DNA of 63,249 nt, filler included, from Sphacelaria rigidula (Eukaryota): NCBI GenBank assembly GCA_964200075.2. It is 3 parts of 3 records of this genome, joined end to end, with 100 filler letters (N's around TTAATTAATTAA, not from the genome) between each part and the next. Parts side by side here need not be neighbours in the genome. Positions count along the whole stretch, not along the records: positions 1 to 21,022 come from CAXNAA020000472.1; 2 more parts are not named here. The stretch is one strand, 5' to 3'. The notes under the pieces were generated by a model. The model was not told the origin of the DNA, did not search any database, and saw only the letters and a list, made by a program, of their open reading frames with translations. The position numbers were made by a program, and so were the translations under genes. Below, piece after piece: positions 1-12,425 of the stretch. Each line of letters begins with the position of its first letter. Positions within the stretch are counted from its first letter, which is position 1.

Positions 1-75
1 TGCTCCGTCCCGGCTTTGTAGGGATGCGAGGTCAATGGTCTAATGACTATGGCATGCATGATCATGAGTACACCC
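1..75 (+). mobile_element. 3' tail of a non-LTR retroelement (LINE family B-related)
   Basis: Near-identical to 42050-42125; related to the GGATGCGTGGTCAATGGTCAAATGACT tail at 41893 and 26560. Confidence 0.6.
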
Positions 76-99
76 AAAAAGTGCGAGAGTGTCACACGA

Positions 100-752
100 A
101 CCATCATTCCTCATCGAATTCTCAACGAATTTGTACAAGGTCACGCACTACGTGCTCAGCTGATGAGCAGCTACGGCTTGAGCTGTGTATTGTTGGTTTG
201 CGGTGGGAGTCAGTTCCTCAGGTTCACCATTGACTATGATGAGTTGTGTCAAGCCTTTGTACATGTCCCTGCCATCTATGTCCCTCTTCGGGCTGAACAC
301 AAGAGAAAAAGGTCAATTGTAGAATCGGCATTATTTTCACTTGAAAATCGAATCGGCATCATGTTCATTGGACAGACACATCAGAAGACACTGGATGAAA
401 TACAGCTGCTACTACCACTTGACAGTATACATACTAGTTTTATATACATTGACTGTAAGGTTGCGGCGGTATTCCCGTCTTCTTCAAATTTGAATCGACA
501 TCATCTCAACGGGCGCTGACCCTTTGCGTGTGTCTGCTGTGCGCGCGTCCCAGACAAATCATCGTTTCTCATCGAGTTCTGAACAGGTTTGTGCAAGGTT
601 ACGCAATACGTACTCAGCTGATGCGCTGCTCCCGCTTTTTATTTTAACTATGCCATGTGCTACTACACAACGCACGTATCTGTCACCGGTGCTCATGTAT
701 CTAGGCTGTCGGTCCGTTGAGCGTGGCGGCGAAAGCCGCGGAAACCCTTGTA
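100..752 (+). mobile_element. Putative non-autonomous Helitron-like element
   Basis: Internal duplication (about 100-170 vs 556-627). Ends in GC hairpin GCGGCGAAAGCCGC followed by CCCTTGT; an equivalent end occurs at 5860-5894. Confidence 0.4.
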
Positions 753-852
753 CATCTTATTTCTTTTTTGAGATCATCCTCCCCGCCTGCCCGACCGTGA
801 GGTGAGCCTAGACACCCTTCCCCGGCGGGGGGGGGGGAGGGAACGTATCCGC

Positions 853-2370
853 CGTTTCGTGAGCGGACTATATGATACTTACGAACGCATGAGAGCTATC
901 GTCCAAACATTGACACCCCTCTAAATATCCCGAGGATAGTCAGGAGCACCACCGTTCGTTTGCGCAAGATTAAAACAGTGGATAGGATCTCCGGGAACAG
1001 CAACTTCCCTTTACCTGAAAAACTCGTGGGCCCAACCTCCACATGAGACACCACTGATAAACTGAAGATGTTTTCCGTGTAGTCGACGTGCCAAGCACTA
1101 CGTTTTCAACTCCTGAACTTCTGAATGAACTGTAATAGCCACGAGAAGTCGGTCGAGCTGGGACAGGAACCAGCACTTTGGAGGAAGCGTATACGACGAG
1201 AGGTCTAACGACAGCTGAGTGAGAGAGCGCCTGTAAGACAAGAAAAATGCCAAGACAAGCGTACGTCGAATCTGCGAGCGGTAACCAACCTGCAGCAGGA
1301 CCTTCAATAGACAGCCATCACAGCTGATCAAGACCCACGTCAAACAGGACGAGAGCAACCATGCTGCCGCAGGTTTACCGATTTCTCGTACTCCCTTCGA
1401 AAGGGTTCTCGGTGTGTCTTGGGCAAAATCTTCATTACCCCGCTCAGTCATCATTTCACTCTCTGTTTGTATCTCTTCCCGCTCCGATCTTTTGCGTTCT
1501 TATCCAATGTTCGTTTCCCAGACTCTGTCAGATAACCACATCTTGTACTCAAACTCTAACCCGCAATGCGCCCGCTCTTCTTCAATCAGTTGAAAAACCG
1601 ACTTCCTACTGTAGTCCCTAGTTGACCCCGCCATCGCACGAGTCCTTGACCGAGTTTTGCTAGGATGATCAGATTTAACGTGCTTCAGGTGCATCGTCGT
1701 GATAAGCAGGTGGTCGGGCCAGGTCATTGTTGATAGAAAACCGTGTAGTATATAAGATGCGTTCAGTACTCGAAGTGAGGACACAAAACAAAGTGCTCGA
1801 ACACGAAACAACCCTGAACACTGTGGGGGAAGCTGACATCATCGAACTGCCCAACATTTGGAACAAAATCCCTAATCTTGCCTTCTCTGGATCCTTGCTG
1901 CAAGCATGATATCGGGCATACCTTCATCCGGGTCACGGTAATATCCCAAATAAACAATTTATTCTTCTATCAGCCATTCCCCCAAATGACGCGATTCAAT
2001 ATTGATATGTTTTTCCCCTGCATTCAGGTACATGTCTCATGCATACGTATTTCAACCTTGAGCGTGAGTATATTCGATCAGGGGTGGCGCATTCGACGTT
2101 TTGTGAGCGGACTACATGATGCTGGTGGACGCATGAGAGCTATCGTCAAAACATTGACACCCTTCCTATATGATCCCGAAGATAGTCAAGAGCACTATTT
2201 TGTTCGTTTGCGCAAAAGGTCAAAACGGTGGATAGCATCTCCTGGGACGCCTACTTTCCTATTCCTGGAAACGTCATGGAACTAACTTCGACACGAGACA
2301 TCACTAATGCACTGAGGTTGTTTTCTTTGTCGTCGTACGTGCCATACACTACAGTTTCAACTCTTGATGA
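853..2370. repeat. Diverged ~270-bp direct repeat pair (853-1120 and 2097-2370) in an unclassified decayed element
   Basis: Colinear similarity, e.g. GTGAGCGGACTA...CGCATGAGAGCTATCGTC...AACATTGACACCC...GATAGTCA in both copies. Confidence 0.75.
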
Positions 2371-3489
2371 GGTCTTGATGTACTGAAAGTACAAAAATAA
2401 CACAAGGGCAACATTAGCCCGCAACCTCGTCCAAATTCACATGAATTGGTCAGAACCCGTCCATTCCGTTCTGAAAGTTCATGTAGCGTCTGCGAAGCCG
2501 GACGTTACCAGGTTTGGCAGCAAGTTCTTCCTACCGCCCCCACTAACTCAACAGCGTAGATGCGATTCCCTCGTTCATTCTTCAATAGCCCATCTTGAAT
2601 ACCCCGAATTGATAATGCCGTACGTAAAATGGTCATTCTACATTCAAAGGGGGATGAATATCGCAGGGGGAACCTCGGATCCAGCGTCTTCACCAAATTT
2701 CTCGCCGGAATATGTTTCTTCTTCTCGATTCTTCAAAACTGAGCCCGCGAGACTTTGGCCTAGTCAAGGGCGTGTTGGATATAGTATTCCCTATGGTAGG
2801 TTATTTCGAAAAACCGTGTTCTAAGCATCCATAACTCGAGTAGATATTGAGATCGTTCCAAACAACACCCCGCTATCGGGTATAGTATTGTGATCGTACC
2901 TAACTCTACCCAATATTCGGGTAGAGGTTGGAGATCGGACCGTCGCGACACAAAATTCGGCGGAGAAAATGTCCGGATATTTACCCTATCCAACACACTC
3001 TTGTCCGGATTACGGCGGGAATTCCCCTGGGTGCATCGCTTACTCGCAAACCCCTGGAATCGCTCAACTTGCAAAGGGTTAGAGTTACTCTTTGCCTTGG
3101 AATCGCTCAAATTTGACGGAGGCGCGAAGCGCCAGACCTTGTATCAATAATACCGTTTGTCTCTGATGTTTAACACTTAGACAACGAGCGTCGCCTCGGA
3201 ACCGTTTCAAAGGCTGACGGTCCGGAGACATCCGGGGGTTTCCAGTGCGCGGGGGAGATCTGTCCGCAGAGCAGTCGGGAAGCTCACCAAGCGAACCATG
3301 TGTATTTGGAAGTTTCCCGCGGAAAATTCTGAGCCAGGAATGAGCCCCGCGAGGCACGGAATAACCATTTTGACCAATCACGGCCGTCAAAATGGGCACG
3401 TAGTTTCCCTACAGGTGGACTACTTCGCTGTCTAGCGGTATTTATCATCTTGGTCATGTCAATTCAAGAATAGATTACACGTGTGTTGT

Positions 3490-3605
3490 CGTCCCATCTA
3501 TTCTAGACGCCGGTCTACACCTTTCGGTATATGTTGGCGCACCAGCCGAGGTCACATAATAGGAAGGCCAACACAGGAGTTTCTTCTCCTTTGTTTGTTT
3601 CCATT
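3490..3605 (-). mobile_element. SINE family 1, 3' fragment
   Basis: CCATCTATTCT..ACGCC.GTCTACACCTTTCGGTATATGT block shared with 7421, 8068, 37035 and 52215. Confidence 0.75.
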
Positions 3606-4011
3606 CTTTACGTGGGCACACAAAAACACGTTTTGTACGCTGCTCGTGGTCTTGGACGCCTGGCTGACGCCTCGTGTGTTGCCAGCGTAGGTTCACACTG
3701 TCTGCAGTGTTGTTGTGGAACACCAAGCAGAGGCATCAGCAGCATACAGTAAATTGTGTTTGGTGGAGAGCGATTGAATGCTGACTGTTTCTTGCCGTTG
3801 TATTCAGCGGAGACATACCGGAAACATACTGACTGTGCGCTAGAGACTGCACGGTCAAAACCGTTCAGGGGTTCTCCGGAACTATTCTCATGTAGATGCC
3901 CAGCATCCACATGATTATGAAAAACGGCGTTTTGTGTAGCGAAAAACAGAGCTGGTCCGAACCCCAAATGTGGCATCGTCCGTCTCCGTCCACCTGCAGG
4001 GGGATCGATGC

Positions 4012-6731
4012 CTAAGGGTAAAACGGAGCAGGACCATGCCCTGCCCTGCCTGCGACAGGCCAGCATTTCATCATCTCGAGCTTTGAGAGGCCTGCATTTT
4101 GTCGTTACTTGCTTTCAGGGTGCATCTTTTTCTGAAAAAACTTTCAGCGCTAGAGAGATATTCCGCTTGACAATAAGGGGCGCTCTGTTTTTACTTCGGT
4201 TTTGAAGCACATATGCTTTTCGGGCTGAATTCTGCATGCTACTATGGCGTTGCGATGCGTTTCGTTCCACGAGTTGTGCGCGTCTAAGTTTCTGTTCTTC
4301 TGGAAACTATACGTAGCTGCGGCTACCTTTTTATACTGCGGCGACACATGGTGACGGTTTTGATCCTTTAACCGCCGGGCGTGCCGCCATCTCTCTCGAG
4401 CGCTCGCAGACCATATTCATATGTGGAATCGGCATCTTTTTCAATCGAAAATGTAATCGGCATCATGTTCACTTGAGAATCTGCGAAAAACATTTCACTT
4501 GACTTTCACGGTATGAAAACGTCTGCGTGCAACCGCTCTCCACTGAATACAGTCTGGTTTCGAGGCAGGGCTGGCACGCCTCAACTGTGACTGGATCCTC
4601 GATCGCATCGCGTCATCTTTTCTCCTTATTTTCATTTCTTTGCACTACTGCTGCAGCTGCTGCTGTTACTTTGCCGTACGTGCGACTTTTCGTTACCGTC
4701 ACTGGCGGGATACAACGGTTTTCAGTGCTTTTTCAAGTGAGAATGATGCCGATCCCACAGAGGGACCCCTCCGCCCGTGGTACGGAACCTCCAGCGTTTC
4801 ATCGCTCTGCACTGAACACAGTCTACTTTCGGAGCAGGCACACCTCGAGCGTGTTTCGAGCGATGCTAAATTAATACAAGGGCATGAAACGGTGAGCGTG
4901 CCATCGCTCTCCACTGAGCACGGTCTACTGCACGCTGCTGATGCCTCTGCTTAGTGTTCCACAGCAACACTGCGAGTACAGACGTGTGAAGCTATGCTGA
5001 CAACACAAGAGAAGCCAGGCAGGCGGCAAAGACTACGGGCAGACCCAAAAGGAAGCTCTTTGCTCATATTATTTTCTATGGTTACGTGACCGTTACCCGA
5101 ATGTTCATAAACGGCTGCGCTGCGAGGTACTTCATCAGTAGTATCTGAGTGGAAACAACATGACAATCCTGATCAGTGATGGGCATCACATCAAGAAATA
5201 TATATGTACCATAATCGTTCGATTTTTTTTTCATACATCAATAGCAACAGATGTGTCGAGTTTTTTTTCGTGATATCATGATACCACATCATACCACGCA
5301 TCATGCAATGTATCGCACTATACATATATGATATATCACATGATACGTGATTTGATATGTGATAGTGATATGATATGCAGTATGGTACGGTACCTAGGAA
5401 GGTTCGTGAGCATGCCACGGTATATCGGATCAAATGCCATACTCTATTGAGCTGTTACCAGGCGAATAGCGTGGAATACAGTCACATGCTTTAACCCTTT
5501 GACTGTAAGCCTCCTCGGAGCTGCCATACGAGTACTGTCTGCACCTACTTGTGCTGTACCACTGCGCCGTACTTCAGTCATCCTACTGCACTGTACTCCT
5601 GTGCGACTACTGCCCCGGAAAGAAAAACGACCGAGGGGTTCTCGGTGCGCTCAGATGTTGATGTGTATGTGTGCGCGCTGGCGCATGTGTAGTGTTTCAA
5701 CGACACGCCGCAGTCAGCACAGGACCGTACAGCCGTACACCCTAAGCTTTGGTATCTGTGGCTGGATGCAATTCATCAATAGTGTAGTGATGTATTGTAC
5801 TGTAACAGGATAACGTCGTACACTACCCCAAATTGTCATGTATCTTTGAACTCGGTACATTGAGCGTGGCGGCGTAAGCCACCCTACCCCTTGTGGATAT
5901 ATATACACGGGTAAATATCCAATAGGTGAACAAACAGCCGATAGGACACTACTCAAAAGTTACCTCAAAAAAGTGCACGAGCCAGGCATTAACTGTTCGC
6001 GGTTGTGCGCGTCATCATTTTTAGTACACGCACGAGCATAACAAATATAATCTGTAACGTTTCGAAAGTGTTCCCTCGTTTCAACACACTGAGAACGCGC
6101 CATAGCACGCTACTTTTATTCAAACACAATACATGAAAAACATCATGCTGGCGGTCACCACGATGAAGGTATGTTTGTAGCACTATATGCTTGCCATTGA
6201 GGTACAATCACCGGATCAGAATCGTTCCTACGCCACCTCTTTTTTTGTACACCTCTACGTGTATTGAAACACAGCGTTGAAAAGCGTTCCGAGAAGCAAA
6301 CCACCACCCCCACAATGCCTGATGGTTTTGCATGATGTACAGCTGAGCTGCTATAACCAGAGGAACATTGCAATCGCACCTTAGGATCGACAAAAACTGC
6401 GAGAGAGTATAGGTTTTCAACTCGACGGGGCAAAACTGCTGTTACTGGCCAAAACAGTAGTAGCATATGTTTACCCACCACTAACCATCATATTTTCACA
6501 TGACACTCTCGAGCAAACAAACGATGCACAATTATCAAAACGGACACAAGATGAACAGCCACACTTGCCTGCAGACGCAGCGCCGCCTTTGAAAGACCGC
6601 TTCATGCGTCGCAAGCTCTGTCTCCCGACCGGAGCTGCGGAGGGATCCGGCCGGGTCGCGACAGGAGTTCGGGGCGGAACCGGAAGCATCGGTCCGACCT
6701 CGTCCAGTTTCGCGCGGTGCGCCGGGTCCAA
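4012..6731 (-). CDS. Putative 3' exons of an uncharacterised gene (6731-6569, 5144-5097, 4049-4012)
   Basis: Phase-consistent chain with AG acceptors and donors GCAAGT and GTAACG. Reads LDPAHRAKLDEVG...GAASA-DTTDEVPRSAAVYEHS-GRAGHGPAPFYP*. No homology recognised. Confidence 0.35.
4510..4935. repeat. Three diverged ~55-bp direct repeats
   Basis: CGCTCT(C/G)CACTGA..AC.GTCT core near 4534, 4803 and 4905. Confidence 0.65.
5860..5894 (+). mobile_element. Helitron-like 3' terminus
   Basis: TTGAGCGTGGCGGCGTAAGCCACC...CCCTTGT; matches 717-752. Confidence 0.45.
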
Positions 6732-7420
6732 CTGATCCGTTTTGTCCTGTTTTGTTATCGCATGTTTTGTTCCGGAGGGCGGCACGGAGGTTGTTGCGAG
6801 GCAGCTTCTTGTGTCTGTCATGCATCGTCTGCACGAGAGAACTTGGCTTAGCACACGGTGTTCTCTATTTTGATCCCTTGGGTGACCTGGTGCGTCCATC
6901 TGTACGTTGAACGAGTGTCATTTTTCACGTGGAACAGGATGACTGTGAGGCCTGATGACCCATCTTCTGGCGCCTTAAAGGGCTATCTATCACGATAGAT
7001 GTTACCGCCCAGCCTCCGGAGTCCAATTGATACACCAATAGCCAGTTAGGGATTGTCTTACCGTAACCCAAAACATATTTGAAGAAAAAAAAAACATTTG
7101 ACGAAATACGCCTGGTGATCAAAAGATGCTGATCAGCTTCCACTCATGAAGTACTGCAGCAGCGGCCGACCACGAGGCGTGAATCGCCAAATGATTCTTC
7201 AAACGATTTTTCGGGGTCCGGGAAAATAGAGCCTTAGGGCAGAGAAGGTTGTGGATGCGGATCCTGAAAGATATGGTGTTTTTCGTCACAACCTGGTTTC
7301 CATCGTTTGGATAGCGTGAGGATGCACGTGGATAGCGAAGGCAAATTCGACCAAAGTCAACGCGGTGTGGAAATACTCGACACCCTGGACAATAGATTGT
7401 GTGGTGTGCTGTGCTATGTT

Positions 7421-7776
7421 GCCATCTCACTAGTCTGGATGCCAGTCTACACGTTTCGGTATATGTGGGCGCATCAGCCGGGGTCATACAGGAGGAAGGC
7501 CAATACAGGAAATCTTCCTTTTTTTCTCTTGTTTTAGTTTTCCATCTTCCTTGTGCGGTGCTTGCCTTTTTATTATCGCGAGATGGGTTCACCGGTCCCG
7601 TTCCTTCGTCGACCGTGATCTCGATCTTTGTGCACCCACGACATAGTCGCTCTCCCATGTTATTGGGCATGATGTGAGAAAAATCCCAAATCGTGTGACT
7701 GCACCGAGATTCGAACCCACGACCCAACCGTCAGAAGGTTCAGGGGGGTACCCACTGAGCCACCGGGGCGACCGGC
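7421..7776 (-). mobile_element. tRNA-derived SINE family 1, full length
   Basis: Minus strand begins GTCGCCCCGGTGGCTCAGTGG (A box) ... GGGTTCGAATCTC (B box), followed by a body shared with four other copies. Confidence 0.85.
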
Positions 7777-7892
7777 TAGGAAACTATGTCATAAAAAAAT
7801 GTATTGCGTGTAGTATGGAATATATTGTCTATTGCAATAGACGCAATAGTCGACACTTACGCATTACACTGTTGACAATGTCATCTATTGTG

Positions 7893-8005
7893 CAGGGTAT
7901 GGAATGCTCACCCGAATCCACAATCACAAGATGTCAGGCAGGTGCCACCCGGGGGAGAGATGGGTGGATCAGAGACTACGGACTCGTCCCAAGGAAGGAG
8001 AGGAT
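7893..8005 (+). mobile_element. SINE family 2, 3' fragment
   Basis: GAGACTACGGACTCGTCCCAAGGAAGG end shared with 8920, 9822, 12392 and 50790. Confidence 0.55.
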
Positions 8006-8067
8006 AGACTTAATGGGTTGATTGATTACTTGATTAATTAACTGATTGATTGCCGCACATAAACTGT

Positions 8068-8260
8068 TCAATTCTGGATGCCAGTCTATACCTCTCGGTA
8101 TATGTGGGCGCATCAGCCGAGGTGACACAGGAGGAAGGCCAACACAGAAAAAAATATATTCTTTTACTACTCCACCTTTCTTCTGCGGCGCTTGCCTTAT
8201 TTTTCAATCGCGAGAGGAGTTCAGCGTTCCCTTTCCCTCGTCGACCGTTGAGTCGAATTA
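8068..8260 (-). mobile_element. SINE family 1, 3' fragment
   Basis: Same body as 7421-7776; tRNA-like head missing. Confidence 0.75.
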
Positions 8261-8689
8261 AGTGAACCCCGATATGTAAGCTTCCACGCCTGTGTGGTCA
8301 CTGCGGCGAGTTTCTCAGTGTAATCAGAGTCCAGTCGGTCCTACTTTTTTTTCCGTTTTTTTCGTAAAGGGAAGGAGGGTGGGCGATTTCCCTTTGGTAG
8401 CCTCATTCCGATGTACTCCGAGTATATACTACCAGAGCCATGCCAAGGTTGTGCCGGCAATATTGGATACACAACGCAAAAAAAAACAGTCTGACGGGGA
8501 TTCTTCAACTCTGGAACGATACAATCATCATTCACGCATGGACAGCATACTTCCCTCACATGAAGTCGGACTGTACCTTGTATCTTTGAGCACATCAACC
8601 CTCTTCCTCACGAGAGACGGTTGACTCGAACCCTGCTTTGTTTCGCTACTGCTCTGGCACCTACCCCTTGTATCCTGCGACGGGTCGGC

Positions 8690-8950
8690 ACCCCGGTGGT
8701 GTGATTGGCACGACTGAAGTCAGTGACGTCGAAAAATTGCGGCCTAGATTCTCGGCAGATGCAAACGTCGTCGGAAACATGAGGGCCTGAGTAGCACATA
8801 GGGTTTATTTGGCGAGACTCGAGAGTCGACGCGGTGCGAGGATAACTTTGATCTGATCCGCGATGCCAAAATGTGAGGAGAGTACTGTAGCTGGGTAGGA
8901 ATGGGTTGATCCCGTTGATACCGCGGATCCATCCCAAGGAAGGGGAGGGA
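8690..8950 (+). mobile_element. SINE family 2 copy
   Basis: GAGTCGACGCGGTGCG...CCGCGATGCCAAAATGT...GATCCC.TTGA.ACCGCGGA...ATCCC.AGGAAGGGGAGGG; matches 50700-50822. Confidence 0.6.
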
Positions 8951-9584
8951 TTCAGAATGTAATCGAGAAGTAAAGAACGATGGTCCGGGTAGGGCAGCTG
9001 ATGGCATAAAATGTCTACACGATAGCTTTACATGCCTCCAACACGTGTGCTTTTTGAGCTGTACTCCAGAGTATGTATCCTGCGCCGCGGTCGTCAACTT
9101 CGTACATCATGAACCCCTGCTTTTTTTTCTCTCTCTCGTCATAATTTTATTCGTCCCTCTCCTTCCTCCCATAAGTACCCCCCTCCCCCCCCACCTCCTC
9201 CTCCTTTTTTCTCGGAACGGGTCCGTAGTCTCGATGGACTAGCACGACCACTTCTCCTCCCCTACCTGCCTGGTATCTTACTATCAAGCATGGATGAATC
9301 CGTACTCCAGCAGTCCCCCAGGTTCGTCCAACTGTTGTTGCCTCACATACCCTCACACTGACTGCAGTAGCAAGCAATAGGATAGAACGTTACTTTCGGG
9401 ATTAAGAAAAAGCGCTTGTACTACTCCACCCGAACTGACCGCAAATGTAGCACTTTGACCGCCGGGAATCCGCAGTCTTCGACATTAATTTGAGCGACTA
9501 TTTTCGGGTGAGATTTCCGACAGTATTGTCGTCCTTTTTGCTGGTTCCTGTCCACACGGAAAAACCATTAAAAAAAACTACCGG

Positions 9585-9853
9585 GGGAGAGGCGGGTTCG
9601 AATGTCGCTTGAGGCTACGGACATTTTCTGAGGACGGGAAGGTGATGAAAGTGTGGCAAAACAAGAAAATATAAAAATGTTTGTTGACAACAAAAGACAA
9701 AAAGATACATTTGTACTTTGATGAAAGTGCACGGGCTGCGGGAGTGCTGGTTGATCTAGCGCTCGATAGTTGAGTGCACGGACAGCACTTGTGCAGGGAG
9801 AGCGATGACTTCGCACATCCCTTGAGACTACTGATCCACCCTGAGAAAGAGGC
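9585..9853 (+). mobile_element. SINE family 2 copy (a further reverse fragment lies at 9195-9310)
   Basis: B-box-like GGGTTCGAATGTC and family 3' end ATCCCTTGAGACTACTGATCCACCCTGAG. Confidence 0.5.
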
Positions 9854-9854
9854 C

Positions 9855-10810
9855 ATCAACTGCCCAAAATGCCGAGTGTTTGGACTGTCCGAAATACCAA
9901 GTGTGACAGGGTGCCCGAAGTACCGATTGCCAAATGTACTCAGTTTTCCACGGTACCCCGCGTTCGGGCTGCCCTCCGTCTTCTAGGGTGCTGCACCCGC
10001 CGAGGTATCGACAAGCAGAAACACCAAGCATCTACGGGTACCTGCTGGTATGTCGAGTGCCGTACATACTTGGGCTTCCCGGATACCTGCTGCGAGATCG
10101 ACTGCTGAATATACTGTTGTGTCCCCGAGAAATCTCGGGAGTACTTGACTCACGAAAATACTAAGCACTCCACGTTATCCGGGAAATGAGCTGCCCAAAA
10201 TACTCAACAAGGGTACCGAGGGTACTGTACCTGCTGGGGTATCAACTGCTGAAAATACTTGGCGTTGACATGTTCCTGCTGGGATATCGAATCCCGTATA
10301 GATGTACTGGGTATTTCAGGGTACGTGGTGTATCTACTGCTCAAAACACTCGGTATTTCAGCGTACCTGGGGTCGATTGCCCCAAAACCTGAGTATTCCG
10401 GAGTACCCGCTCCGCTTCCGACAGCCCGAAGCTATTGAGTGTCCAAGAATATCCGAAGTATTGACAGCCGAAAGTGCTCAGTATTCCAAGGTACTACTTC
10501 ACCTACTATGGGGGAACGACTTCACCGAAGATGCTCACAAGGTCAGGGTACTCGGGCATCTACTGCCGAAATTCATGTTGTGTTTTCCATGGTACCCACT
10601 GATATGTCAGCCAACAAGAAAATTCAAGTGTTCAAGGGTACTGAGAAAATTCAAGTGTTCAAGGGTACTGAACCTGCCTGGGTATGGGCTGCGCAATCTA
10701 CCGGGTACGACAAGTTACCTGCTGGGGTATCGACCCCTGCACTACGGAGTACAACAGAGAGCCTGCTGGGGTTTTCGACTGCCCAAAACACATGGGGTTC
10801 CACAAAAGCA
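9855..10810. repeat. Degenerate ~40-bp minisatellite
   Basis: Recurring GTACCTG..GGGTATCGACTGC.GAAAATACT-like unit; includes an exact 27-bp tandem duplication at 10617-10670. Confidence 0.8.
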
Positions 10811-11969
10811 AGTGCATTTCAACGAGATGCTGGTGCAGCAGGCGGCCGCGGCGACGCTTGTGGGGACTTTGTGCCACATCTACATCCCACAGCCAAGGGT
10901 ATGCTATAACTTAATGTGCTGAAGGTATGTCATGCCCCCCACCACTTTTGCAACCCGCTTACCATTTGGTCACCCACGAGTGAGCGTCCACCTATAACTG
11001 TTAAATCCACGTCATGCTTACGTGGAAAATGACCATCATATGCAACTTTTTATTTATCGGCACGCAAAGCGTTAACTTTCTGATTGATGTGATCGGTGAC
11101 GACGTCTTGAATGCGCATAATTTTCACTCGCAAAATGGATGTAAGACTCATTATCCAAAGGCCCATTCTTGCGGTCAAAGGAACAACTTTCTGCGCTTTT
11201 GCACAGGTCCGTGGTGGGGGTGCGTCAAGTTTACTTGGAGAATGTCGTCTGAAACCTGTTCCGAAACGAATGCCACGTTCGAGCACTACTACTACTCCAC
11301 GCTGAGAAGCATTCTGCCGAACACAAAAATATGATTTCCCAAACTGCGCATAGAGTTTTCGATACATGTAAAGCTTTACTGAGTCATCGTTAGGGGGTAC
11401 AGTACAGTGTAATCTATCATATTTCTCGAGATTCGGTCACACCAAAGTCCATCATGTCTTTGAGTGCGCGCTGTACCCAAATGATACCAAGCCGTAGGTT
11501 TCAGTATAATCGCATGCATGATTGGAGCAGTGGCAGGGGAGGGGACAGGGGATCCTGGATTGATGGCTCTTATCTGTGTGGCCCCTTTGCTGCGGGCTCA
11601 TGATGTAATATTTTTCTGATTCACTCCACAATAATAACAAGTTAGAAGAAAGGATTTGTCGAGCACGAGGCCAGTGCTACTGGAGGAGTCCCTCGTGGAT
11701 TGTCCTTTTGTCCAGATCGTCTGGCAGCGGCTATAGCGCCATTAACTCGATAATACCTTCTGGGAGGGCACATATTCAGAGGTATGCCTTTTCTAGTCCA
11801 TTGCCAATACATATAACGCATATATGTGCACTTCCACCACTGACAGTACGCGGAAGATGTACTGCTGGAAGATGACCCGAGAACGTGAGAGCAAGTTCGC
11901 TAGATACTTTCATCTGGGAAACTTAACGGGGTTCGTAGCTACATTTACCTCAAAATGTAGCCCCAACGA

Positions 11970-12066
11970 TTTTGCTTTTCTTGGGTACGTCTATCATGCG
12001 ACCACGGCTGGACTCCTGGGGGGGCAGTTAAAGTGCGACAACGAATCCCTCACTCAATCAATCAAC
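11970..12066 (+). mobile_element. LINE family A (RTE-like) 3' end
   Basis: TTCTTGGGTACGTCTATCATGCGACCACGGCTGG...(TCAA)n tail; six related copies in the window. Confidence 0.65.
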
Positions 12067-12157
12067 ATTCGTGTAATTCCCGTAAAACTGCCGTAAGAGC
12101 AGGAGGGAGGGTTACTACACATATTACTGTTATTGTCCGCTATATAGCATTTACGCC

Positions 12158-12425
12158 CCTGTCGCCTAACTGGTACAACTGAAACCAGTCAGGGCGGAAT
12201 AATGCGAACTCGAAAATCGGCAGATACCGGCGGATTTTGTTTTGGAGGTACTGTATCTGATTCTCATCGTTGATAACGCCGGGAGGTGTCGAGCAAAGAT
12301 AACTAATGTGACGAGAGTCGACACAACGCGGCAATGCTTATCCAATACGCGATATCAAGGCGCAAGGCGAGGAACGAGAGAAAGATCCTATGAGACTACA
12401 GGCTCGTCCCAAAGAAGGGAAGGTA
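12158..12425 (+). mobile_element. SINE family 2 copy
   Basis: A-box-like GTCGCCTAACTGGTA and family 3' end GAGACTACAGGCTCGTCCCAAAGAAGG. Confidence 0.5.

Noticed and set aside
715..748. Hammerhead-like stem plus GAAAC
   Set aside because: Lacks the CUGANGA core; fits a terminal hairpin better.
6569..6625. In-frame TGA after Cys (CDA*) suggesting a CxxU selenoprotein
   Set aside because: The upstream frame is Arg/Pro-rich with no thioredoxin-like strand, no SECIS was identified, and another frame is fully open.
7700..7776. tRNA gene candidates (also 37320-37390 and 52630-52700)
   Set aside because: A/B boxes are present but there is no acceptor stem; all are fused to a common SINE body.
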